A DNA stretch of 64,000 nucleotides. Origin: Podarcis melisellensis (lineage: Eukaryota). The translations under genes and the position numbers were made by a program. The stretch lies in NCBI GenBank assembly GCA_964234715.1, contig OZ174282.1. One strand, written 5' to 3'. Shown piece by piece: positions 22,101 to 31,457 of the stretch (within the stretch, counting starts at the first letter, position 1; the number at the start of each line of letters is the position of its first letter). Below the pieces are notes generated by a model. That model made no database searches and was not told where the DNA came from. It saw only the letters and a list, made by a program, of their open reading frames with translations.

Positions 22101-24678
22101 TGAACAGTACCAACACCTCCCCCACCTAGATGGAGGAAGAGGTGCCCCTGCAGTTTTCAAATTGTCCTTCCTTGTGTGCTTTCGCTCTCTCTTTCTTTGC
22201 TCTTTGCAAAGTAAGGGGCTGCTGGGCAACCTAAAAAGTGGTAGAAGAATTGGCTCTGAACCTACTTTTGGCAGCTTCCAGATCCCAGATCCGAATGGAG
22301 CCTGACTGGGACCCCGCAACAATCAGCTCTTCATTTGTATTAATCTTCACACTCTCCACGGGTGTGGTGTGACCCGTTAGACTCTGGGCAAAATGAAAAA
22401 GCAGCAGTGAATCATCTGAAGGTGGCCCACTCCACAGGAAGGCATGCAACAACAAGGACAGCTAGGATGTTTACGCTCATCACACCACAAGTAGTGAAAT
22501 GATTAGGTGAAAGCCATGGACAGACACTGAAGTTTCGGTACTTCAGCAAGAGCAGAAATTTGATTCCTTCCTATGTTTACCAGAGGCCCTCCGTCAAGTG
22601 TCTCTTTCTCACACACATGTCACCTGGTGCCAAACTGGACCTCCTTTATACACCCAGTGAAGACTTCTTCATGTTACATGGTCATTAATTGACTAATAAA
22701 ATCCAGCAGAATATACACTCAGAAGCACTTCCCCCACAGAGCTTTGCTGCAATAGTGGGAAATCCCATGCCCCATTGCAGGAAGGTTGAAGCAAAGGCCA
22801 AGAACCATATAGAGCGTGGCCACCACATTAAGGGCTTCTTAATAGTGCACTAAGCACATCACCCAGAAATGCAGGTTTATGGCTAGACGTCTACCTGCAC
22901 AAAAGTAAATTCCACTGAGTTCAGCAACTTACTTCTAGAGATGTGTATAATGAATTGCAGCTCAATCAGCTAGCATGAAATGAAGCTGCATCACAAACTT
23001 CCCACAAACTATGCAGTAGTACAAAGAACATCATGCTCTGTACTGCAACAGTCGAAATGCCCACTCTAGATTCAATTCTGCAGCACTAGTAAGTTACCAT
23101 ACAAAAAACGAGGGGCAGGGGTGGAAGAGGAGAGAAATGCCCCTTTGAAAAAGTGCAGGGGTTGGATCAGAAGAAAAGTCATTCAAAAGAAAAACTATTT
23201 CAAACTGGCCATTGCTGTGGAAAGGGATACCATTGCAGCTTTTTGGCCCTTCCAAGTCAAAGGATTACACACATACTGGGATCTACAGCCACAGCTCCCA
23301 AGGCAGCCACTCATACAAGTTTCAATAGCTCAACTTAGCTCCTCATAGGTCAAAATACAGGGGGCAAGGTGGTGGTGGAGAAAATACCTCCAGATCTGCA
23401 TGAGAAACAAAGGAAGGACACTTGACTGAAACCCTGCTAATGTCAGATCCAACTACTTCCTGGTTTTTGAAGAGACCAGAATGTTATCTTTAGGCCTGGG
23501 CGATGTATTGATACATCGCCCAGGACCATTTCAAGGGCCAGAGTGCAATGGCGCCTTTACCTGGTGGTACAGTGGTATCTCTAGTTACGAACTTAATTCG
23601 TTCCGGAAGTCCATTCTTAACCTGAAACTGTTCTTAACTAGAGGTGTGCTTTCACTAATGGGGCCTCTCACTGCTGCTGCTGCTGCGCCACTGGCACACA
23701 ATTTCCATTCTCATCCTGGGGCAAAGTTCTCAACTCGAGGTAACTTCCAGGTTAGCGGAATTTGTAACGTGAAGCATTTGTAACCTGAGGCGTTTGTAAC
23801 TCGAGGTATCACTGTATATCCTGAGCAGCAGTGCCTGCAATATTCTGCTGGGTGAAGGTGCCATCATGCTCTGTCCCTCAAACTGAGGGAGGAACAATCC
23901 ACGAGGCACCAGTCAATGCAACTTGTTCTTCCCTCAGCACTTTGGCCTTAACTACACTATACTTTGGCTCACCTAGGTGTATTTAGCCAAATTACCGAAA
24001 GCACAGATTAAAATAAACCTCCCATCTCCTGTATAGAAAGGAGGGTGGCTAAAGCTAATACCAGAGGTTGCTCCCTGACTCACATTGCCCACAAGCAAAG
24101 AGAAATTAGCCAATCCTTACCATAATGCAGTTCGGCTTGTTAATTGACCAGATATTAACTCGACAATCATCTCCACCAGTTGCAAGGAGCCGACCTGAGC
24201 TTTTGCCCAACACAAGTGAAGAAACATTGCTGCTGTGAGCAGTGATTTCCTCTATACAAAAAAAGCAAACGCAGACATGAGCACATTTTATCACATCTCT
24301 CTCCTATTACAGCCCCACACAAAAATCAATACATTTAAGCTGGCATTGACTGATGAGGTATACGTGAACAGGTACACATATCTGGTATGTATTGTAGCTT
24401 TTTAAGCTAATTATTCTATGTCCACTTGCCTGAATGTAAGCCCTTCTGGCCATAGTAAGATTTTTTAAATATAATTCCACACAAGACACTAAGTCATCAG
24501 CTAAGCAACTGGACCAGGTACCTGATGCTAGTGATCAGGAGAACACTGAAACCCAAGTTGTCGAGCAGGAGTGGAAGACAAAATTGCAGGCACTGAACAC
24601 ATCCCGTTTATAAAAGCAGAAGAGTGGAGTTCACTTACGCAGCTTCCAAGCTGTCTTGGTGGCAACTGCAGCTGCCAT
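10041..24678 (-). CDS. KATNB1: Katanin p80 WD40 repeat-containing subunit B1, about 658 aa; complement(join(10041..10173,10778..10894,11827..11901,12393..12469,13582..13731,14502..14624,15261..15337,15682..15732,16503..16633,17491..17678,18005..18155,18421..18492,19809..19924,20078..20161,21166..21207,21610..21710,22266..22383,24121..24251,24639..24678))
   Basis: Starts [44 protein letters not shown]40 repeats follow ([41 protein letters not shown]), then a Pro-rich linker and the C-terminal con80 domain ([16 protein letters not shown]...[13 protein letters not shown]). The exon lengths sum to 1977 nt in one frame. Confidence 0.96.
10778..10894 (-). CDS. KATNB1: KATNB1 coding exon 18
   Basis: [38 protein letters not shown]. 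Confidence 0.92.
11827..11901 (-). CDS. KATNB1: KATNB1 coding exon 17
   Basis: [24 protein letters not shown]. Confidence 0.92.
12393..12469 (-). CDS. KATNB1: KATNB1 coding exon 16
   Basis: [25 protein letters not shown]. Confidence 0.92.
13582..13731 (-). CDS. KATNB1: KATNB1 coding exon 15 (GC donor)
   Basis: [50 protein letters not shown]; donor AAG|gcaagt. Confidence 0.92.
14190..14390 (+). mobile_element. L2-like LINE 3' fragment
   Basis: [19 protein letters not shown] motif. Confidence 0.6.
14502..14624 (-). CDS. KATNB1: KATNB1 coding exon 14 (NAGNAG acceptor)
   Basis: (Q)[40 protein letters not shown]. Confidence 0.88.
14877..14977. mobile_element. Degenerate copy of the palindromic MITE family
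   Basis: CCCTCCATATGTTTTGGACTACAACTCC...GGGAGTCGTAGTCCAACACACCTGGAGG. Confidence 0.65.
15040..15175. mobile_element. Palindromic hAT-type MITE (same core as 33157)
   Basis: CAGGGTTTCCCAAACT...GGGAAATCCTG with the shared CCCATCATCCC..ACCACTGGTCCTG..GCTAGGGA.GATGGGAGTTGTA core; degenerate 8-bp TSD TGCTAGAG/GGATAGAG. Confidence 0.85.
15261..15337 (-). CDS. KATNB1: KATNB1 coding exon 13
   Basis: [25 protein letters not shown]; ccag|...|gtaagt, phases fit both neighbours. Confidence 0.8.
15682..15732 (-). CDS. KATNB1: KATNB1 coding exon 12
   Basis: [16 protein letters not shown]. Confidence 0.9.
16503..16633 (-). CDS. KATNB1: KATNB1 coding exon 11
   Basis: [43 protein letters not shown]. Confidence 0.92.
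16810..17120 (-). mobile_element. L2-like LINE 3' fragment
   Basis: [28 protein letters not shown] is typical of the L2 ORF2 C-terminus; it is followed by a repeat 3' end. Confidence 0.65.
17130..17320 (-). mobile_element. CR1-like LINE 3' fragment
   Basis: TAGTAGCCATTGATGGCTTTATCTTCCATGAATTT and GGATTCCCAGCAACAGGTATTCAGAGGCAT resemble squamate CR1 3' sequence. Confidence 0.55.
17491..17678 (-). CDS. KATNB1: KATNB1 coding exon 10 (GC donor)
   Basis: [22 protein letters not shown]...TTTCSKPQ; donor AG|gcaagg. Confidence 0.88.
18005..18155 (-). CDS. KATNB1: KATNB1 coding exon 9
   Basis: [50 protein letters not shown]. Confidence 0.93.
18421..18492 (-). CDS. KATNB1: KATNB1 coding exon 8
   Basis: [23 protein letters not shown]. 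Confidence 0.9.
19183..19417. mobile_element. Non-autonomous hAT transposon (OC1/Charlie-like)
   Basis: TIRs CATGGGTAGGCAAAC / GTTTGCTGACCCCTG and a perfect 8-bp TSD ATCTACAC on both sides. Confidence 0.85.
19809..19924 (-). CDS. KATNB1: KATNB1 coding exon 7
   Basis: [38 protein letters not shown]. Confidence 0.92.
20078..20161 (-). CDS. KATNB1: KATNB1 coding exon 6
   Basis: [28 protein letters not shown]. Confidence 0.92.
20325..20425. mobile_element. Degenerate copy of the palindromic MITE family
   Basis: CCCTCCAGGTGTGTTGGACTGCAACTCCCATCAGCCCCAGCC...AAAACATCTGGAGGGCACCAGGTTGG; similar relics lie near 31050, 32930, 33945 and 39640. Confidence 0.6.
21166..21207 (-). CDS. KATNB1: KATNB1 coding exon 5
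   Basis: [14 protein letters not shown]; cag|...|gtaaga. Confidence 0.9.
21610..21710 (-). CDS. KATNB1: KATNB1 coding exon 4
   Basis: [33 protein letters not shown]. Confidence 0.93.
22266..22383 (-). CDS. KATNB1: KATNB1 coding exon 3
   Basis: [39 protein letters not shown]. Confidence 0.93.
23570..23814. mobile_element. Tc1/mariner-pogo (Tigger-like) MITE
   Basis: TA|CAGTGGTATCTC...GAGGTATCACTG|TA: TIRs with a TA target duplication. Confidence 0.85.
24121..24251 (-). CDS. KATNB1: KATNB1 coding exon 2
   Basis: [43 protein letters not shown]; AG/GT flanks. Confidence 0.93.
24639..24678 (-). CDS. KATNB1: KATNB1 coding exon 1 (start codon)
   Basis: ATG GCA GCT ... CTG C|gtaagt; [13 protein letters not shown]. 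Confidence 0.9.
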
Positions 24679-25042
24679 TGCAGTGATTCTCACACAGCTA
24701 CAGAAAGCAGTCTTCTTTCTTCTCCCAAAGCTCTGTTTTCATCAGCATGTGTGGGGCTCAACCCCCCAGATACAAGGTTCACGTTTCTGAACTGTCCTGC
24801 AGCAGTCAAGGCGATGGCGCTTTTATTTTAAAAATACAAATATGTCTCCTAGGCTTATTCAGTGGCCTATTTCTTCCAGAATGCAAGCAAAATCTCAGGA
24901 AGCAGTCATTAAAGTTACCTAGGAGGAAAGTGTTCGGTTTAACCAGTTCAGCTAACACAGCAGAAAAACAAACTACATTAAAATAGAGCTTAGCAGGTTT
25001 CTTCATTTATCTTTTTTTTATAACAATAACTTAGAACAGGTA

Positions 25043-25233
25043 CAGTTGTACCTCGGAAGTTGAACGGAATCCGTTTGACTTCCAAAACGTCTGGAAACCA
25101 AGAAGCTCCTGCAGCCAATCAGAACCCACGGAACCAACGTTGGATGCAAACCGAAATACTCACGTCCGGGTTTGCGGCGTTTGGGAGCCAAAACGTTCAA
25201 CTGGTAAGAAGTTCGACTTCCAAGGTATGACTG
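25043..25233. mobile_element. Tc1/mariner-pogo MITE
   Basis: TA|CAGTTGTACCTCGGAAGTTGAAC...GTTCGACTTCCAAGGTATGACTG|TA. Confidence 0.8.
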
Positions 25234-26820
25234 TATTTCCAGAATTGGGCTGCATACAGTATTAGTCCTCCTCAAAGTGTACCCACTGAAATTGATGAAC
25301 ATGACTAAGTTAGGTACGTTAATTGTACTGGATATATTCCAAGTAGAACGTGGCTGGATACAAGCCAATTATGTTTTTTAACATGGAATGTAAGTGATCA
25401 GGAACTCCTACGGTACTTTTCTGTGTATCTTCCAATAACAATAAAAGGTACTTTTGTCATTACATCAATGATCAATAAATTAGAGCAGACTTTGACAACT
25501 TGGTGTTATTCAGTTGCTTTGGGATACAACTAGCACAACTATTGGGAGTAGTGCAGAGACAGACAGTGGGGCACAGAATCGATCCTGAAAGCAGGATCCC
25601 TAAAACTGACAGGTGGCCTTCAAAAATAGACTTTGTTCACAGCCTGCCTCCAGGAGGGAGGTAAAACTTGTCTGCATGCTCCACTCCTCAATTTACTGTC
25701 AAATTTCCACTCACACGTGTAATTTCCAGATTGAGGATTACCACCCCATTGTACAGAACTGCTGAACTGCCTCTGTTACAGGTGGCATATAATACTTATT
25801 CCACATTGGTAAGAAATCAATATTTTAGTGTGGTAGGGCCCACACTTTCACAGTACTGTTTTTGGCACCTGCTAATAACATGTCTGCTTAAGCAAGCCTA
25901 CTCATGTATGCAAGATGCTGACACGTATTTTAATCATTTTTTTTGTTTTTGCTTATTGCCAACCTTAATTACTTTTCAATGTTTTAAAATATTGCCTCTG
26001 TTTACTAATAACTGCAATGCTTTATTATTTTTGTAGAACACTTCGAGCTTTTGCTTTTATAATCAAGCAGCATTTAATGAAATAAATAAATACATGTGTG
26101 CTGCATCCCTGCAGGTGTTAGGCAGGATGGAGTTTTTATGGGTGACGTAGGCAAGGTGATCTCAGCAGCTTCTCAGAAGAGCCCTGGATCAGGCTAAAGG
26201 CCTATTTAAGACCGAGAAAGATCTCCCCCCCCCAAGAACCCCACAAAGCAGGGCACGAGGGCAGCGTCCCTCTCCCAGTCAGCACCTCCCAGCAAGTGAC
26301 TCGAATCTGAGGGAGCCACCCGAGCTTGTGAACTTTCCCACCCCCACCCCGCAAAGTGCTGTGGGCAGCAGATCCCATTCAGCCCCGAGGAAATCCTTTC
26401 TCTTAGGCCAGCCAACTCTTCCCGGGGAGAGAAAGATCCCACCCATCCACCTCATGCGGTGCCCGGAGGAGAAGCAGCCCTCTCTCCTCCGGCGAGGCCT
26501 GGCCGGGACCTCCGAGGCACACACCGCCGGACAGGCGGGCACCTGCTCGGAGGAGGGAATGTAAACAGGCCGGCCCGGCCCCGGGTGGCAGCCCGAAGGC
26601 CTTCCCGGGCCAGCGGCCCCTCCAGGGAGGTTTCGGGTGGGGGCTGCTGCGGCTACCCACGGCCTACCCCGACGTGAGGCCCGTCTCGGCCGGCCTTGCT
26701 TGTCTCCTACCCGCGCACTCCTCCGTCTGAACGGCTCTCAGCGCTCTCCGCCTCCCCCACCCGCTCCCATCCCCCACCCTGATTGGCTGCCGCTTGACAA
26801 CCGGAGCCCTGGCAACTCAC

Positions 26821-26950
26821 CTCGACCTGGCCTCGCCCACCTTTCGTGCCCCTGACCAATCACGTCCGCTCCTCGAGCCTTCCGGCTCGCCAATCAGCCC
26901 AAAGCCCGCCTTCCCAACACAACCGAGGCCCCGCCGTCGTAATTTGTTTT
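26821..26950 (-). other. KATNB1: Probable non-coding first exon of KATNB1 (5' end uncertain)
   Basis: Consensus donor GAG|gtgagt on the - strand at 26821/26820, inside the CpG island. Confidence 0.5.
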
Positions 26951-27312
26951 CAGAGCCCGCCTCCACCGGCCCGACTGGCCAATTGCTACGAAGGCTTCGG
27001 GGGGGGGGGGAGGGAGTTCTTCTGATACGTATACTATAGACTGAAGGAAGAATGTAGAGTCGCGCGCACTGCAGCTCCCGGGTTAACTTGAGAATTTTGG
27101 TTGCAGGCTTTGCTAGTCGGAGAAGCCGCGTCTGTGGTGCGAGTGAGCGCCGATTTGGGAAGAGAGTGGCGAGCGGGCCCCTTAATTAGCACGGTCTATG
27201 CTGCAGCCTGACGTGATGGAAATCCACAAAATTATGCATAGCGCGGAGAAAGTAAAGTTTTCCTCCCTCTTCCATCACGCTAGAAATTGATTGGCACACT
27301 CTTCCCTCTCAT

Positions 27313-27380
27313 GTTGTTGTTGTTTAGTCGTGTCCGACTCTTCGTGACCCCATGGACCAGTGCACGCCAGGCTCTTCCAC
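27313..27380 (-). mobile_element. 5'-truncated BovB/RTE-type LINE 3' end
   Basis: The reverse complement reads ...CTGGTCCATGGGGTCACGAAGAGTCGGACACGACTAAACAACAACAAC, flanked by the 12-bp direct repeat CTTCCCTCTCAT. Confidence 0.85.
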
Positions 27381-27647
27381 CTTCCCTCTCATATACACAC
27401 ATAAATTCTTTCACTGTAGTCTAACCCGTTTAACTGGTCGGAATTTTAAAGACTCGGAAGCTTCTTAGTCACACCGGGATATGGACTACTCTACATTTAA
27501 TGATCTGCATTCATGTACGGGAGCTTCCGAGGCCGCACAGGGGCAGCCAATCGGTGCAAAGTATTGTCCTTTTGCTCCCATCAACCTTTGCGCCGCGGCC
27601 CACTTTTCGCGTGAGGCTTAGAAGCCGCTGCCGCTCCCTCCGCTGGC

Positions 27648-27716
27648 ATGTCGGTGGTTTTCGTGCCGGAGAAACTCCGAGGCAAGGCGGAGGTGAACCA
27701 AGAGACGTTGCAACGG
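27648..27716 (+). CDS. SS18L2: SS18L2 coding exon 1
   Basis: ATG TCG GTG ... CAA CGG|gtgagc. Confidence 0.93.
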
Positions 27717-30129
27717 GTGAGCGAAAGGGACGGGCCCCATAGAGAGAGCGGAGGGGAGCGTCGCTCACGCAGACCTCTTTTTAACTCCCGTACGCCGCCA
27801 CAGGAAAGGCAAGAACGTCGGGAGGCGTCAGAGCGCCGCTCTACCTTCTTCTCTCTCTGGTTTCCTGGCCAGGTTCTTTGTATTGGGTTAGTTAGCCGGT
27901 TAGAACCGGAAGTGTATTTGCCATTTCATTCCCCGCCTCTTGCAGGCTGCGTGAAGATGGTCCGCGCTGCTTAAAAGCTGAGAGCGTGACGTCAGTGAGC
28001 CTGGTCAAGGAACGCCCAGTCTGATCCGCCTGCGCATTAGGAAGGGCAGTGCACTCTGTACATTCTCAGGGTTGAGCGGAATCACTGTCGCTGCGCAGTT
28101 CGGCTCCTTCACTCTCCTCGATCATGATCGCTTAGCGAAAGGCATAACAAAGTGCAATAAAAAGCGGTACACCGCCAGAAAGATGACTAAAACAAATGAA
28201 TAGCATAGTCTGCTAGAATATCCTATATCTTTTGCAGTAACAGTAAACCCTTAACGCTACCAAAAAGAAAACTCACCCTTTAATATTTAAGTCTGTAAGT
28301 TGACGACTGAAGTTGACACCGGATATTCTTCACTCACCACTTTAATAATCAGAAATCAGGGGTTATCAGGACACCTGCGGGCCCCATGGTGCTCTTAAAA
28401 TTGTTCCCTGGTGCCTTTGAAGCCTCTGATCACCCACCCACACACTGCCTCCTTGATCTTGAGATGGTAGTTCACAGTCTATAAAGCATCCTCACAATTA
28501 TCCAGTGTAATTGTTAAGTAGTTGTTCTTGAACAAGTTTCAGTAATATGCAGTTGATCCAGTGCTGTTGTGACTTTCAGCTGCTTGAAGAAAATGACCAG
28601 CTGATTCGATGTATTGTGGAATATCAGAATAAAGGAAGAGCTGAAGAATGTGTGCAGTAAGTAAATTAAATCTAAGAGTCGCCTATTATGCATTTTTCAG
28701 GAGTTCATTTTTGTATTTGCTTGATTAAAGCAAACAATCAAGTAATTGTTTAGAGAGCTTGCGTGTCTCATTGCGAGACGTGGTTTTGAATAAATCTCAT
28801 TGGTCCTGAGCAAATTTACAGGGGAGGTGAAGGAGAACTGAAATCAGGCACATTGTTGCTGAAATAAATACAATTAGTCTGTCAAACACAACTAGACTGT
28901 GCAGGGCATTAATGAAAATCTTGTTTATTTTGCTGAATTTAATGTGGGAGGTAATAGCTTGTGGTAATGTGGGACGCGGGTGGAGCTGTGGGTGAAAGCC
29001 TCAGTGCCTAGGGCTTGCCGATCAAAAGGTCGGCGGTTCGAATCCCTGCGGCGGGGTGCGCTCCCGTTGTTCGGTCCCAGCGCCTGCCAACCTAGCAGTT
29101 CGAAAGCACCCCTGGGTGCAAGTAGATAAATAGGGACCGCTTACCAGCGGGAAGGTAAACGGTGTTTCCGTGTGCGGCTCTGGCTCGCCGGAGCAGCGGT
29201 GTCACGCTGGCCACGTGACCCGGAAGTGTCTTCGGACAGCGCTGGCCCCTGGCCTCTTGAGTGAGATGGGCGCACAACCCCAGAGTCTGTCAAGACTGGC
29301 CCGTATGGGCAGGGGTACCTTTACCTTTACCTTTAATAGCTTATAGATGTACTGACCCCTTCTTCTTGGCAGCCCTGGACTTCTGAAAGGCCATTGTAAT
29401 AGTGGCAGTTTTATTTTTAATTTCTTTTCTAATAATCCCTAACATTTCCCCCTTTTGCTGCCACTGCACAAGCTTGATAATTTTATAGAGCTGTGTACCA
29501 CAACCCCAAGATCTTCCCTGGTTAGACACTGCTAGTTCAGACATCAGTGCGAATGTGAAGTTAGAATGATGTGCTCCAGTGTGCATCATTGCCCACTCAT
29601 CTATGCCTTTGCAGGAATTAAGTGATCATTAAACATGGACAGTGTTCTCGAAGCTACCAACATGAGTTTGACCAAACTGCGGGAGGCAGTGGAGGACAGG
29701 AGTGCCTGGCATGATCTGGTCCATGGGGTCACGAAGAGTCGGACACGACTAAATGACAACAAAACATTGACTTAATTAGTATTTTTTTAAAAAAAACCAT
29801 TTCCTTCAATTTAAAAATAAAATACTACCAGGAACAGGGGAAAGTAGCTAAGAGGATTCAAAAATATCATTGGCTTCATATTAATTAACAACTCTTCCCT
29901 TCCCCCTGCTTTCTCAAGTATAAAGTGAGCAAAATAGAGACCTAAATCCTACTGTCACTTATATGGTGGCTGCCAGAGCAATTCTGTTATTTCAGTTGCC
30001 CCAAGGAATCTCATTCTTCTGTTTCTCTGTTACAGACACCAGCACACACTGCACAGAAACCTGATTTATTTAGCTACTATTGCGGATGCATCTCCCTCTC
30101 CAAATGCAGGGAAGACTGTTGCAGACTGA
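27648..30129 (+). CDS. SS18L2: SS18-like protein 2, 79 aa; join(27648..27716,28580..28656,30036..30129)
   Basis: The spliced product MSVVFVPEKLRGKAEVNQETLQRLLEENDQLIRCIVEYQNKGRAEECVQHQHTLHRNLIYLATIADASPSPNAGKTVAD* is an SSXT/SNH domain-only protein. GT-AG junctions, 240 nt in total. Confidence 0.95.
28580..28656 (+). CDS. SS18L2: SS18L2 coding exon 2
   Basis: cag|CTG CTT GAA GAA AAT GAC ... GTG CA|gtaagt. Confidence 0.93.
28971..29334 (+). mobile_element. Sauria SINE, full length
   Basis: tRNA-like head GGGACGCGGGTGG... with B-box GGTTCGAATCCC, the typical core (CCTGCCAACCTAGCAGTTCGAAAGCA), an (ACCTTT)n tail, and an imperfect TAATAGCTT...ATGT target duplication. Confidence 0.9.
29633..29762 (+). 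mobile_element. 5'-truncated BovB/RTE-type LINE 3' end
   Basis: ACCAACATGAGTTTGACCAAACTGCGGGAGGCAGTGGAGGACAGG...GTCCATGGGGTCACGAAGAGTCGGACACGACT with a CAA tail. Confidence 0.85.
30036..30129 (+). CDS. SS18L2: SS18L2 coding exon 3
   Basis: cag|A CAC CAG CAC ... GAC TGA; LHRNLIYLATIAD. Confidence 0.93.
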
Positions 30130-30800
30130 TACTGTGCTCCTTGGCACACTTGTGAATCCTTGAAGGAAATGGGGAGTGAATCTGGAAGATCCATTAGTCC
30201 CCTCCTCTTTAAAGGAGAGGAATAAATCCAGCACCTGATGGAAAGCCAGCTGAATTGTGCTTCCTTAACAGAACACATTCCTGCCTTCATTTCATCCTCT
30301 TTGCCATCAACTAGTAAATGCCATTTGCTTTACCTCCCACCTTGGGTGCAAAAGGAAAAATGACATAGTGCACTGCATATTCCTTCAGCTACAATGTCAC
30401 TGCTTAAAAGGTCAAGGTTGATGGGTATTATTATCAACGTTTGCCATTGCCTCAGAGCATCAGTTCTCCACGTGACATTACATTCTAGCCCACTGACCCA
30501 TGAAGAAGGTTGGTAAAGAAGGGGTACTTAACATTTTTACATTAAAATCTTATTCCGGATATGGTGAAAAGAGCAAGAGATTATAACAATGTGGTGGTGT
30601 ATGCAGTTACCCGTTAAGTGCTTGGAAGACAGAATTGTCATATGCCTACTGACAAAAGACCTCCTTTTGCCTCTTATTTGTATGGAATTAAACATTATCA
30701 CTCGTAAAGGGCACTGCTAAGCTTTGATTACTTTAATGTGTATTCCTTTTCTGTAGTAAAAACCATATTGATCCTGATACATACATGCAGTAGAGGAAAA

Positions 30801-30806
30801 AATAAA
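30801..30806 (+). terminator. Candidate SS18L2 polyadenylation signal AATAAA (a proximal one lies at 30221)
   Basis: AATAAA followed by T-rich sequence; which site is used cannot be determined from sequence. Confidence 0.4.
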
Positions 30807-31265
30807 AGATATTTCAACTGGCTGTTTTGAACCACTTAATATTTTCAGATCAATCCATATCTCCATAGTTCTCAGTGTGCTTTTATGAAATATTATTTTC
30901 TTTCCCTCCTGGACTGCTAACGTTCTAGCAATGTTTTAAAAGTTTCTTGCTAGTACTTACTGAAAGATTCTAGGCAGTGAACTGAGTTTTTTCCCATGGA
31001 TTCTTAGGGAAAGGATAGCTGGTTTCGTAGCTTAGCATGAGTTGTTTTCCCCAGCCAATGCCCTCCAGGTGTTTTGGACTAAAACTCATTGGCTCCAGAC
31101 AATATAGCTGTGCTATGCAGGGTTCATGGAGCTGAAGTTCAAACTGTCTGAAAGGCTGCAGGTTGGGTAAGATTGCCTCAGTAATAACACTTTATGAATG
31201 AGTGACGAAAGAGCACCACAGCTGCTTTGGAATGCAGAGGAGCTGGTGCATTGCTGCTTTTCACT

Positions 31266-31457
31266 TAGAATCATAGAATTGTAGAGTTGGAAGGGACCTC
31301 AAGGGTCATCAAGTCCAACCCCCTGCCATGCAGGAATCTCAACTAAAGCATCCCTGACAGATGGGTCATCCAACCTCTGTTTAAAAACATCCAAGGAAGG
31401 AGAGCCCACAACCTCCTGAGGGAGTCTATTCCACTCTCAAAACAGCTCTTACTGTCA
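31266..31457 (-). mobile_element. CR1 LINE 3' end
   Basis: AGAATCATAGAATTGTAGAGTTGGAAGGGACC... is the reverse complement of the CR1 (ATTCTRTG)n terminus and its upstream 3' region. Confidence 0.8.

Larger units (their letters stand above)
26440..28180. promoter_or_regulatory. CpG island / bidirectional promoter shared by KATNB1 and SS18L2
   Basis: High GC and CpG density; several CCAAT boxes (about 26782, 26856, 26890, 26980, 27548) and GC boxes; ETS CCGGAAGT at 27906; CRE TGACGTCA at 27987; lies between the divergent 5' ends. Confidence 0.8.

Noticed and set aside
26206-27039. Cluster of short Pro/Arg/Gly-rich ORFs
   Set aside because: These are expected from stop-codon scarcity in a CpG island, and there is no coding signature.
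28971-29050. tRNA-like sequence with GGTTCGAATCCC
   Set aside because: It is the tRNA-derived head of the Sauria SINE, not a tRNA gene.
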